A stretch of DNA of 64,000 nucleotides, from the NCBI GenBank assembly GCA_048887225.1, contig JBHLJY010000003.1, positions 128,001 to 192,000 of the forward strand, given 5' to 3'. Under the pieces are notes generated by a model. The model was not told where the DNA came from and did not search any database. It worked only from the letters and a program-made list of their open reading frames with translations. The stretch comes from Candidatus Hodarchaeota archaeon. GTDB taxonomy: Archaea; Asgardarchaeota; Lokiarchaeia; Sigyniarchaeales; SOKP01. Below are positions 41,761 to 51,405 of the stretch, in pieces (the stretch's first letter is position 1; each line of letters begins with the position of its first letter). The translations under genes were made by a program, and so were the position numbers.

Positions 41761-42303
41761 CTATCGCATGAATGAGGGAAGCATTAGGTTAAAGATTTCA
41801 GCAATTATTTTTATACTTGCTACTTCTTTAATGGTAGTTATTATTAATACACTTCTCGAAAGCTCGTCTCGATCTAGAGTGCCACCAGAATATATTGCTA
41901 AATCATTATTAAACATCAATAAGTATTTCACATATGGATTGTTTATTACGTTAATTCCTTCAATGCTTTTTAACTCATCATAAATTCTTCGCTCTTTTTT
42001 CTCATATACATTTCGATCGCGTGTTATTAATAAAATTGGAATCCCTCTTTGAGCTGCCCTTTTTAATTCTATACTATAAAAATCATCTATTTTTGGGGTC
42101 ACAATATTTAGTTGGTCTTGTGTAGTTTGGATGAACTCTATTAATTTCTCGTTAAGTAATTCCTTGTTGTCACCTTCACCTGAAGACTCTATAACTATAT
42201 TACCTACTAATGCTAACACTCTTTTTTCGAATTCTTCTATTTGTTGTTTTAATCTTCGATTTTCTAGCCGTAATTCATTTATTCGATCAGTCAAGTCAGA
42301 CAA
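41761..42303 (-). CDS. Coiled coil + degenerate PLD-like (TrmB-C-like) domain protein
   Basis: LNIVTP.ID, AAQRGI..LLITR, and VKYLLMFN..AIYSGG.L where HxK(x4)D..GSxN is expected. Confidence 0.6.
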   Translation of the reverse strand: MSDLTDRINELRLENRRLKQQIEEFEKRVLALVGNIVIESSGEGDNKELLNEKLIEFIQTTQDQLNIVTPKIDDFYSIELKRAAQRGIPILLITRDRNVYEKKERRIYDELKSIEGINVINNPYVKYLLMFNNDLAIYSGGTLDRDELSRSVLIITTIKEVASIKIIAEIFNLMLPSFMR

Positions 42304-42410
42304 AACACATCAACTTCTACATTCTTTTTTGTTATTTTGCTTCTTATTATTTCTTTTATTTGTTAATCTATTTATAATTTTATTATTTTTACTTTTTAGA
42401 AAAACTTAAA

Positions 42411-44912
42411 TTATAGTTTGTTCCACGGCTTACCGAAATGTAAAAATGAACTAATTGCGATACCACTTTTACATTGTTGCCTAGCTCTAAGAAGTGAAGT
42501 TCCTTGGCTTTCATTATTAAATAAACTAAGGTAAAAATTCGCTATAATACTTTGAGTATCTTCATTAAAAAATGGATATGTCCTAGTTATTATACCTATA
42601 ATACGATTATAGTCAAATTGCCTAATGATCTCACCAAAAATTTCTAAGACATTATTTAGTTTTTCTCCTTCAACGTTAAAAACCTGCGCATTAAAAAACA
42701 AAAATGGATGCGAATTAGATTTATTTTTATCTATAGCCTTCTTTATTTCATTAAAGGTTATTAGAGTGTTATCATTCGTAAGAATATAACTATCTTTGGG
42801 ACTCATTCTGGAATAAAAAATATTTCCAACAAAATGAATAATATGAAAAGCCCCTTCTGAAATATTTGATAATATTTTTTCGCGAGTGGAATGTATTCCA
42901 GATAGAATAGTAAATTGATTAACATTTTCCGTTGTATTAAAAAAATCTGTAATGTGATTTAATTCATCGTGAGCATCAGGGAACGGAAAGATTAAAGTTT
43001 TATTTTTGTACTCCTCATTCCATTTTAAAGGCCCTTTTGCATTTGTAGCTTCAATTAATAAAACATTAAATAAGGTCTTAGTTGGGATTGTAATGGATTC
43101 CTCTTGAGCTAATTGTCCAAATTGAATACCAGCAAGAGGAGGTTCGCCGATTTTATAGCCACTTGAATATTTTAACATGAAAAATTTATCGTCATCATAC
43201 AAGAAACCAAAAGGTATTGTCATTTTATCTAAAATAAAATAAATATGAGGTATAAAATCTAACTTTTTAACTTTTAATTGCTTGAAAAAATCTCTCAATA
43301 AGTTTGGTAAGAATATATATAACAGCTTTCCAAATTCTATTATATTAAATTGATATCTCTTTTCTTTTCTTCCTGAAAAAATGTCATTAAAAATTTCCAT
43401 TATTTGATGATCGTTCCATAATTCATCAGTTATTTTTCCCTCAACTATTGCATAATCCTTAGATATCATACGAAAAGAAATCAGACCTTCTGAATTAATC
43501 CGTATTATTGCTTGATTCAAAATAAAATCAGGATTAATCGATGTTAAATCTTCTTCAAACGAATATATTTGATTTTTAATTGATTCACACTTATTGTATA
43601 AAGAATTTAAGTCAGTTAATTTTTCTCTAATATTTTCATCTAAATATGGGATTATTTTTTGTGCGAGATTAAAATCTTTTTCTTCGTATAAAGCGCGATA
43701 GAACATCATTCTCCAAAAATCAGCGGTTTCTAACGTGAAAAATTTGCTTTTAAATTGCCAGAGATAATTACAAGTATAGAAATAATGATAAATTTGAACC
43801 GGAGTTTGAGGTGTTTTTAAATGATTGCTTAATTTTTCCATAGATAAAAGCAAATATTTTCTTTCTTTAATATCAACAAACTTTTTACAAGCTTCAACCC
43901 ATAACTCAATTAAAGAAACGTCGTACCCTAAATCTGTTTTATCCATAAAAATATCTTCCAAAAAATCATATATTTCATAAGCAATTAAAAACCGATTTCT
44001 ATTTATAGAAAAATCAACAAATTTACGGATATAACTTAGGGCAACTTCAATAGTTTGAAATTCTTTTAATTTAGTAAAAGCATATCTTATTATTATAATA
44101 ATCCATGTAAATTCTCCAATGTTATTTAAATAATAAATTAATTCCTCCAAATCAGATAGAATTACACTAAAATTCTGCTCATTTACTGAAATTTCTCTCA
44201 TATTGGAGAAATCTTCTTTTAAATAATTTGGTAAGCGTTTTGCTATAATTTTATTAATAATTTGAACGAAATCTAGAGATTCCTTTGGTGAACCTTCAAT
44301 GAGGTGATATTTTATATTAACATTTTCCATAAAAACAAATAGTAATAACGCTTTTGTGCTCGGTTCCAGGTTATAAAGAATTTCTCCTAAAATTTTTAAG
44401 CTAAAACGGAATAAATCTGATGAAAATATTCTTTTTCTTAAATATGCTAATAAGAATTGTAATTCGATAAGTTTGAGATAATCTCCCCTTTCTTTAACCT
44501 TAAGTGAGAATGAATTTATAAATTTAGTTATTCCTTCAATAGATAATTCATCTACTTTTATGAAACTTTTTAAAAGAATCATCCAAAAATTATTAAATAA
44601 ATCAAATTCATCTAAATTGGAAAGAAAGGAAAAAAAACGTTTGTAAGCGTCAATATATCTGATTTTGTCAATTTTATCTTTTTGACTTTTCAAAGAATTT
44701 AAATAAATCCACCATGAATTTGCAATAATCATTATTAATTGACGCTTTTTTTGAGGAGCTAACCATTCTGTTTTTTCAATTTCAAAATATAAATTAGAAA
44801 ATAATCTACTTGCCCATTGATGATTAGCTGAATTAAGTAATTGCCTTCCTTGAAGTATTCCTTTTTGAAAATTCATTAAGAATTGATTTTTAATATCAGG
44901 ACTAATTGTCAT
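42411..44912 (-). CDS. Alpha-solenoid protein with C-terminal CHAT (caspase-like) domain, catalytically degenerate
   Basis: About 450-aa helical N-part; GKLLY, IPF..L, A.DEL..I, IIHFVGN, FFNAQ, FY..L, SLLRARQ, F..FGKP CHAT landmarks. Confidence 0.72.
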   Translation of the reverse strand: MTISPDIKNQFLMNFQKGILQGRQLLNSANHQWASRLFSNLYFEIEKTEWLAPQKKRQLIMIIANSWWIYLNSLKSQKDKIDKIRYIDAYKRFFSFLSNLDEFDLFNNFWMILLKSFIKVDELSIEGITKFINSFSLKVKERGDYLKLIELQFLLAYLRKRIFSSDLFRFSLKILGEILYNLEPSTKALLLFVFMENVNIKYHLIEGSPKESLDFVQIINKIIAKRLPNYLKEDFSNMREISVNEQNFSVILSDLEELIYYLNNIGEFTWIIIIIRYAFTKLKEFQTIEVALSYIRKFVDFSINRNRFLIAYEIYDFLEDIFMDKTDLGYDVSLIELWVEACKKFVDIKERKYLLLSMEKLSNHLKTPQTPVQIYHYFYTCNYLWQFKSKFFTLETADFWRMMFYRALYEEKDFNLAQKIIPYLDENIREKLTDLNSLYNKCESIKNQIYSFEEDLTSINPDFILNQAIIRINSEGLISFRMISKDYAIVEGKITDELWNDHQIMEIFNDIFSGRKEKRYQFNIIEFGKLLYIFLPNLLRDFFKQLKVKKLDFIPHIYFILDKMTIPFGFLYDDDKFFMLKYSSGYKIGEPPLAGIQFGQLAQEESITIPTKTLFNVLLIEATNAKGPLKWNEEYKNKTLIFPFPDAHDELNHITDFFNTTENVNQFTILSGIHSTREKILSNISEGAFHIIHFVGNIFYSRMSPKDSYILTNDNTLITFNEIKKAIDKNKSNSHPFLFFNAQVFNVEGEKLNNVLEIFGEIIRQFDYNRIIGIITRTYPFFNEDTQSIIANFYLSLFNNESQGTSLLRARQQCKSGIAISSFLHFGKPWNKL

Positions 44913-44938
44913 TAAGATTAATTACCCATTTTTTATGA

Positions 44939-46087
44939 TTACCCTTTATATTCTGGATTTGGTTTCCACCCTTCTTGTAACTGTTTTTTTGAGTATAATA
45001 TTGATGCCCCAATCCACGACATATTTTCACGACCAGAAACTGCAAACACATTAATTTTATCTCTTATTTTTTCGGAAAAATACTTAGTTAATTCAAGCTT
45101 CAATCTCTCCTTTAATCCAGGAATTAAACTACCTCCCCCCGCAAGAATAATATTAGGAAGTAATTCTTCCCAATTCTCTCGATCCCAGGATTTGATAACT
45201 TTAACTATTGCTTCATCTAATCCAAAATAATCTATATGAATTAATCCTGGATTAAATAAAGGTTCAGATAACATGAATCGCTCCTCGTTTATTTTTAAGC
45301 TGGATCCATCGGGAAAATTAACTTTTTGGTCGTAATTAGTAAGTCCATCTCTTATGCTATTGCTTTCACCTTCAGCATCTAATACACATAGTGAATATTT
45401 ATCTTTAATTTCTTTTGCAAGCCATTTATCAAGATAAAAATTCTCTTCTGACCCCTTTCTAGTTAATATCATATTAAGGAAATAATTTGTCAAATCCTTC
45501 CCTGCTATAGGAAAGATATCTCGTGCCATAATATTTGTGAATCCGTGAAAAATCGTGGAAAAATAAGTATTGGATTCTCCCATATTAACTACAACTCCGG
45601 TGGTTTTCTTTAAAGTTTGTAAAATAGCTTGACTTTCAGATAAAAATAATAAATAAGGGAAGTTTAAGTCTCGAAAAAAAATTTGTTCCAACTTAGTTTT
45701 TTCCAATTCTGTCATAAAAAAAGGAGAAATCACAATTATTGATTGTTTATTTTGATATTCAGATTGGATATTTAATTGTTGATAATAATAATGAAAAAAT
45801 TTTGAAAAAATATTGTAATTATTCTCTTTTTTAAACTCATGAATATTTAATATATTTTGGTATTTTAAGGCATTAAGGCCATATAAGTGCCTTTCAGTAT
45901 TTTCTTCAATAAAAAGTTCAGCAAGTCCATCAACTACATCTGATTCAAATATATAATCTGTAGCATCCACATGAACGCTAGGTACAATAATTTCTGGTGA
46001 ATCATCACCAGCCCAGCCTAAACGAAAAGTACTACTTCCGATGTCTAAAATCAAAGGTCTTAATTGCTTATTATCAGCAGATAACAT
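44939..46087 (-). CDS. Actin-related protein (divergent Asgard actin/ARP)
   Basis: LDIGS..RLGWAGDDSP, TTGVVVNMG, AGKDLT, EIK, PDG..ERF..EPLF.P, LAGG.S.IPG, SWIGASIL. Confidence 0.92.
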   Translation of the reverse strand: MLSADNKQLRPLILDIGSSTFRLGWAGDDSPEIIVPSVHVDATDYIFESDVVDGLAELFIEENTERHLYGLNALKYQNILNIHEFKKENNYNIFSKFFHYYYQQLNIQSEYQNKQSIIVISPFFMTELEKTKLEQIFFRDLNFPYLLFLSESQAILQTLKKTTGVVVNMGESNTYFSTIFHGFTNIMARDIFPIAGKDLTNYFLNMILTRKGSEENFYLDKWLAKEIKDKYSLCVLDAEGESNSIRDGLTNYDQKVNFPDGSSLKINEERFMLSEPLFNPGLIHIDYFGLDEAIVKVIKSWDRENWEELLPNIILAGGGSLIPGLKERLKLELTKYFSEKIRDKINVFAVSGRENMSWIGASILYSKKQLQEGWKPNPEYKG

Positions 46088-46119
46088 ATTAAATGAGATA
46101 TTTGATTAAAATTAATAAT

Positions 46120-46902
46120 TTATAACGAAAAAAGCTCTTTTTCATGAATATATTCGTCTGTCAATCTTTTTAATTGATATTCTTTAACTTGTAATTCAAG
46201 CATCCCTAAAACCTTTTTAAATTCAAGGGACATGGTTTCAATATTTACGCCAGAAACCTTTTCGATTTCATCCCTTTTCGTCTTAAATTGACTTAAATTC
46301 AATTTTATTTTATCGAATAGATTGTTTATTGAAGAAATTAAATCCTCGGTGTTTTTCTTGGTGAATTTTCGCATTTTCCTTAATATAGCTAATATATTGC
46401 TAATACTATTTTCCCATTGATTATATCTTTCGTTATAACCTTTCATAAAATCCTCTAAAAATACTTGTAAATTCTTATAAATATTATATTTAGGTGGTGT
46501 AGTCTCAATAGGTTTTTGAATGGGGGCACTACTTTTAGTTGTTTTTCTTTCAGATATAGGGATATCTTCTATAAGATAATCTTCAACAATTTCGCTTTTT
46601 CTCTCATAAGATAACTGTGGTTCAATTTTTTCTTCTGCTTTTTCTTCACGATGATACCAAGTTTCTTCAGATACTCCTGTTAATAATCCCTGTAAATCTA
46701 TTTGAGCCTCCTTGGCAGAGCTTAAAGCAGAACTCAATGCCGAGTCTAATGATAATTCCGTTTCTGGTATTTCTGCAGCTTTTAAAGTAGCACCCGAAGA
46801 AATTTCTAGTCCTTTTTTCTTGGTCGTTTTTAGAGCATCTTCCAATGAGGTGTCTGTTTTTTTCTTTTTAGACGATTTTTTTTTCTTTTTATTCTTAGCC
46901 AT
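46120..46902 (-). CDS. Hypothetical protein: Lys-rich N-tail, disordered linker, C-terminal coiled coil
   Basis: MAKNKKKKKSSKKKK; heptad-like helical C-terminal 110 aa. Confidence 0.7.
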   Translation of the reverse strand: MAKNKKKKKSSKKKKTDTSLEDALKTTKKKGLEISSGATLKAAEIPETELSLDSALSSALSSAKEAQIDLQGLLTGVSEETWYHREEKAEEKIEPQLSYERKSEIVEDYLIEDIPISERKTTKSSAPIQKPIETTPPKYNIYKNLQVFLEDFMKGYNERYNQWENSISNILAILRKMRKFTKKNTEDLISSINNLFDKIKLNLSQFKTKRDEIEKVSGVNIETMSLEFKKVLGMLELQVKEYQLKRLTDEYIHEKELFSL

Positions 46903-47025
46903 TAAGAATAAGCCTTTATTATTGTTTAATCTACTAATTTAATATTACAATTAATTTATAAATCTATTTTACAATCAATGTATTTTTAACAAGATTATTT
47001 TATTTATTGAATTGAACAAAATTTC

Positions 47026-47427
47026 TTACTCTAAGGGGATTATCTCTACTTCAAGAGCATCTCCTTCGATTTTTAAAATTTCTTTGAGCTTCTCAAGGTC
47101 CATCTCTTTTGGTCTCGGTCCAATCACAGTCCACATAGCGGTTTTCTCTTTTTCAATAGTTAACGATTCTCCATAAACTAGCGAAATCCCGTGATTTCCA
47201 AAAGTCGTAGCTATTTTTGCCAATGATCCAGCTTCATCCTTCATTAATATTCTAAATTTAAGAGAATCACCTTTAATTCCAACTGGGGTTATTCTGATTT
47301 CTTTTGTATCTGAATCTGCGATCATCATTAACTGTGAGTTCTCAGTCAGTCCTAGACTTTTTCTAATCGTCATTGGAATTACTATTCTTCCTCTATTATC
47401 TATAACCAAAAACTTGACATCCTTCAT
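47026..47427 (-). CDS. AbrB/MazE/SpoVT DNA-binding domain fused to an ACT domain
   Basis: IDNRGRIVIP..IRKSLGL; DEAGSLAKIATTFGNHGISL ACT motif. Confidence 0.85.
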   Translation of the reverse strand: MKDVKFLVIDNRGRIVIPMTIRKSLGLTENSQLMMIADSDTKEIRITPVGIKGDSLKFRILMKDEAGSLAKIATTFGNHGISLVYGESLTIEKEKTAMWTVIGPRPKEMDLEKLKEILKIEGDALEVEIIPLE

Positions 47428-47593
47428 CTTTTTAATTAATTCTTAAAATTTTTTTAATAATTATTAAAGCTATTAAATATATAAATTAATACTTTAAAGG
47501 AGAAAAGAAATTTTATTTTCTTACTATGATATAACGTTAAATGATACTAGTTTGCTAATATAGAAAGACTTGGAATATTTAAAAATAAAATAC

Positions 47594-49768
47594 TTATGTT
47601 TTATGGGCCTTCAACTTCACTGTAAGGTCTCTTGCTCGCTTTGAATACCAGACCAATAAATCTCCAGCGTTTTCGGGCTTAAAATATTCGCCACCGCATA
47701 AAGTTGCAGCACGAGTCATTAATGCGTCATTAGGATTCCCCAACCCAACTATATAAATGACTACATTTAAATTCTCAGAGAATCTCTTTGCTGCTTCAAA
47801 AAACGCATTACCATCAGTAGGTTCACCATCAGTTAACAAAACAATCATGGTTGGCTGATCTGGGGATATTTTTTCAAATTCGTTTAGAATTAATTGAGCT
47901 TGTTCCATAGCATGTCCCATATTGGTGGCCTGTCCATATGAAGAGGCGATTCTATCAACGATCATCTTCGCAGCCTCCTCTAGAATTCCTTTTTTACCAC
48001 TAGCGGAATCCATATAAAATCCACCTCCAAAGGGTAGTACTTGGGCCTCATCAGCAAATCGGATAACAGCAACTTTTTCTCCAAAACCACGACCAACTTT
48101 TTCACTTAGGAATAGAACTGCTGCAAATGCAGCCGAAATTCTTCTTGGGATGTTGATGCCATCCTTGAATTTTTTTAAGAATTCTTGAATTTCACGAGAT
48201 TCCATTGCTGCCTTAATACCCTCAATTGCTGGCGCAATATTAGTTACAAGCACATCACGTGCCATCATGGATCGACTTATGTCAATTATCAAAATAGCAT
48301 TAAAAGGTATCAAACCCAATGGTGATAGGGTTAATGTTGTATTTTTCGTAATTTGAGCTAATATATCACCGGTTAAGTCTGGAACGCAATCAATAATAGA
48401 ACAAGCAATATTAACTGCGTTCCATCTTAATTTAATTCCCTTGAAAATGATATAATTTGAAAGCCAATCCTTTAAAGCTTCTACACTCTGTCTAGCATTG
48501 CTTATAATTTCCCACATATTCTCGCCAGAAATGGGTGAAACCCCTAAAGAAACGCTTTGTAAAGGAATGATTTGTCGTTGATTTTTTGAAATTTTTACTT
48601 CAAAGCTACCAATTCCAGACGCTTCTAAAATTTCACTATCAATAATAATTATATTATCAGGAACTGTTTCTACAACAACAACCTTACCCGCTCCAATTGC
48701 TCCCGTAAGTTCATCTTCGAATGCTAAAACATCATTATTTTGAATTGAAATTGTATGTTGCGTTCTTGGACTTACTTGACAAAAACCATTTAAATTTGGC
48801 TGCGATTGGACTTCTAATATTATTTCAGACGCTTTTTGAATTGGTGGCTCTGTAGAATATATTACGATTTGTTCAGCTTGAATATTCGTATCTTCTAATG
48901 TGTCTTTGCTCATTCTTATCTCAGTATCGCTAATTTGCGCTTGATCTATTCTCGCAGAACCCATAGATCTCGTTAGAGGGTCTTCCCATGCGATCAACAT
49001 ACCTTGTCCAAGGCCTAATTGTTGCAAAACGTTAAGACTTAGTTGTACTCGACCTCCTTCTATGTTATTATCTATAACAGGAGTTTGAATTATCCCTTTT
49101 TTCTGATTTTTTAACATATTTATATCAATCCTATTAGGATAAGGTTCTACTGGAGCTACTGGAGCGATGGTTTCTTGCGTCGGCATTGGTTGAAGTGTTG
49201 ATGGTGGTGGTGGCATTGAAGAAGGAGGGGCCCTTATTTGAGGAGGAGGTTTAAACTGTGGTGTTGGAGTAAATTGTGTGGGTGGGGGTATTTGTTTAGG
49301 TGGTGGTGGGTGTGCGGGCAGAGGTGCTTGTATAGGTTGTGTTGGTTTTATAGGTGGAGGTGTTGGTGCGAGCTGAGATGATGGAGGTGGTTGAGGTACA
49401 GGTGTAAATTGAGGTGCAACACTTGGTTCTGGTGGTTGAAGAGACGGTTGAGAAGTTAAAGCGGATTTTGATGGTACTGTAGGTTCGGCTTCTTGTGAAA
49501 TAGGTGGAGCTGCGGTGCTTGGTCTTATAATAACTTCAATACCTGTAAATTCTATTTCATCAATGATGTTTTTTGAAATCATCCCAGCAAAATCTAATGC
49601 AGAATTAGAAATTTCAGCAAGAGCAATAGTACTTCTGCCATTCTCTGGATTAATAATTTCTACAGACGATCTTGTTGAAATACCAAGTTTTTTAGCATTG
49701 GACGGACTAATAATTGCTTTATTTTTGGTTTCGTCTTTAATATCTACAAAAATCTTTATTTCTGGCAT
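47594..49768 (-). CDS. Proline-rich protein with Cdc48-N-like double-psi barrel repeats and C-terminal vWA domain
   Basis: MIDAS DISRS..T..LTDG; about 125-aa Pro/Gln/Thr-rich tract; three (I/L/V)S...LG/SI repeats. Confidence 0.75.
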   Translation of the reverse strand: MPEIKIFVDIKDETKNKAIISPSNAKKLGISTRSSVEIINPENGRSTIALAEISNSALDFAGMISKNIIDEIEFTGIEVIIRPSTAAPPISQEAEPTVPSKSALTSQPSLQPPEPSVAPQFTPVPQPPPSSQLAPTPPPIKPTQPIQAPLPAHPPPPKQIPPPTQFTPTPQFKPPPQIRAPPSSMPPPPSTLQPMPTQETIAPVAPVEPYPNRIDINMLKNQKKGIIQTPVIDNNIEGGRVQLSLNVLQQLGLGQGMLIAWEDPLTRSMGSARIDQAQISDTEIRMSKDTLEDTNIQAEQIVIYSTEPPIQKASEIILEVQSQPNLNGFCQVSPRTQHTISIQNNDVLAFEDELTGAIGAGKVVVVETVPDNIIIIDSEILEASGIGSFEVKISKNQRQIIPLQSVSLGVSPISGENMWEIISNARQSVEALKDWLSNYIIFKGIKLRWNAVNIACSIIDCVPDLTGDILAQITKNTTLTLSPLGLIPFNAILIIDISRSMMARDVLVTNIAPAIEGIKAAMESREIQEFLKKFKDGINIPRRISAAFAAVLFLSEKVGRGFGEKVAVIRFADEAQVLPFGGGFYMDSASGKKGILEEAAKMIVDRIASSYGQATNMGHAMEQAQLILNEFEKISPDQPTMIVLLTDGEPTDGNAFFEAAKRFSENLNVVIYIVGLGNPNDALMTRAATLCGGEYFKPENAGDLLVWYSKRARDLTVKLKAHKT

Positions 49769-49991
49769 ATTTTTTCAAATTGTATTCTTTTTTAAGGAAT
49801 TATTTAATTACATTAATTTTTTAAGAAATGACAGTAATTAAATTTTGAGATTGTTTTCGTAGATTGAATATATTTTACTTATTCTTCAAATATTTTTAAT
49901 GGTATTTAAAAGTTCAAATGGTTTTTATTTTTTTATAAGCACTTAAAAAAGCTTTTCTAAATGCGAGGAATAAATGATTACTATGATTAGA

Positions 49992-50381
49992 TTAAAGAGC
50001 GGGGTATCTTTTACCTATTTCTCCTGCATAATACCTAAAGACAGTGACAACTTTTCCTAAATCTGCTATCTTTCTTGAAGCGCCCATAAGGAAGAACCGA
50101 CCAGCAGCGCTAAGTATGATAAATGCGTCCTCACCTCTTAATACTACTTCCAACATATTATGATATCCCATTGTATCAACAGCGTCAGAACCACTCTTCA
50201 TAACAACTGCACTTAAACTTGAGAATAAATCAGGTTCAATTTCATAGCTTGGAATACAGCTAAAGGCCAATTGTAAACCTTCTCTAGTCACTAACGCGAG
50301 CGCTTCAAGCTCAGTGTGTTCAGTAATATTCCCTAAAAAATTCGATAAGCTTTTAGCCTCGTCTGGAGTTAAACTAACCAT
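49992..50381 (-). CDS. Roadblock/LC7 domain protein
   Basis: ALVTREGL, SLSA..M, EVVLRG, DLG.V pattern. Confidence 0.85.
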   Translation of the reverse strand: MVSLTPDEAKSLSNFLGNITEHTELEALALVTREGLQLAFSCIPSYEIEPDLFSSLSAVVMKSGSDAVDTMGYHNMLEVVLRGEDAFIILSAAGRFFLMGASRKIADLGKVVTVFRYYAGEIGKRYPAL

Positions 50382-50535
50382 TTTAACTTTTTTTCTAAAT
50401 TTATGTTCTATTTTAAATAATATTATTATGAGTTTTGAACTTAAAAATGTATAGTTCTTAAGGTAGGATATAAATTACAAATTAGAAAAGGATTATTACT
50501 CCACAAATTGAATAAAATAAATAGAGTCTAATTAA

Positions 50536-51405
50536 TTATTTAAACTCTCCAAGCTGCGTTTTAATTTGATCTTTAAGGATTTGCTTTTTATCTTTATATT
50601 CAGTGGCTCCTTTCACTTTTTTTGATGATTCACTTTTTAGAAACTCAATGGCGACAATCTTTCCATGCTCGGAAAGAACTCGTGGAGAATACCCTTCAGC
50701 AAAAAAAATACCCTCAGGGATTGATCCTACTTCTTCAATCTTTTTCTCAGTCTGTTTTTTACCTAAGAAGGTTGTAACTTTTTCGACAACCGAATATGCG
50801 TGATTACCAATTATTATTAATTCTCTTTCATAGCCGTCAGGAATTTTTATTTCTTCTAATTTCTGCATAATTTGATCAAAATCTATTGGCTTTTCCTCTT
50901 GAACATAGCTTTCCATTGATTCTTTACCTGTATATAACGGTCCTATATTAGAAGTCGAAGATTGAATTGTCTTGCTACCCGCTATATTCATACCTTCGGC
51001 AGGGGTAGGTGCTTCAAATGTAGCTTTTTCCCTTAAAGGATGCCCTCCACCTCCACCTGCCGCTTTAGCTGCTTTTTCTTCTTTAATCTCTTTTGCTATA
51101 CCTGCTTCTGTTTTCCCTCCAATGACTTTTAGAAACTCATCCGTTTCTTCTGCTTCGTCAAGGGGCACGACAGCATAATGCATTCCAACTTGTCCTCTAA
51201 TTTCTTGACTCCTTTTTGCACCTATAAATTTTGAACGGACGGATGATTGTATCCCCTTCCACAGAAAAACTTTTCGAAGATCATCCGCTACTATGACGTA
51301 ACACTCATCGGTTTTTAGAAGGTCTTTAACAGCCCCATCTGAGGTTAGTTCTGTGGTTGTACCGTCTGGATTGATTAAAAAAACCTGTAGGCCCAATTTC
51401 CTCAA
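50536..51405 (-). CDS. Gelsolin-domain protein (single gelsolin domain + C-terminal extra domain, 1DGelX-like)
   Basis: LKTDECYVI..VFLWKG..SS.RSKF.GAKR..EI...EAEET.EF gelsolin repeat; low-complexity linker; compact C-domain. Confidence 0.82.
   Translation of the reverse strand: MRKLGLQVFLINPDGTTTELTSDGAVKDLLKTDECYVIVADDLRKVFLWKGIQSSVRSKFIGAKRSQEIRGQVGMHYAVVPLDEAEETDEFLKVIGGKTEAGIAKEIKEEKAAKAAGGGGGHPLREKATFEAPTPAEGMNIAGSKTIQSSTSNIGPLYTGKESMESYVQEEKPIDFDQIMQKLEEIKIPDGYERELIIIGNHAYSVVEKVTTFLGKKQTEKKIEEVGSIPEGIFFAEGYSPRVLSEHGKIVAIEFLKSESSKKVKGATEYKDKKQILKDQIKTQLGEFK

Noticed and set aside
49150-49520. GGT/GGA-rich quasi-repetitive DNA as a possible tandem repeat or CRISPR
   Set aside because: Explained by Pro codons of the minus-strand vWA protein; no constant repeat-spacer structure
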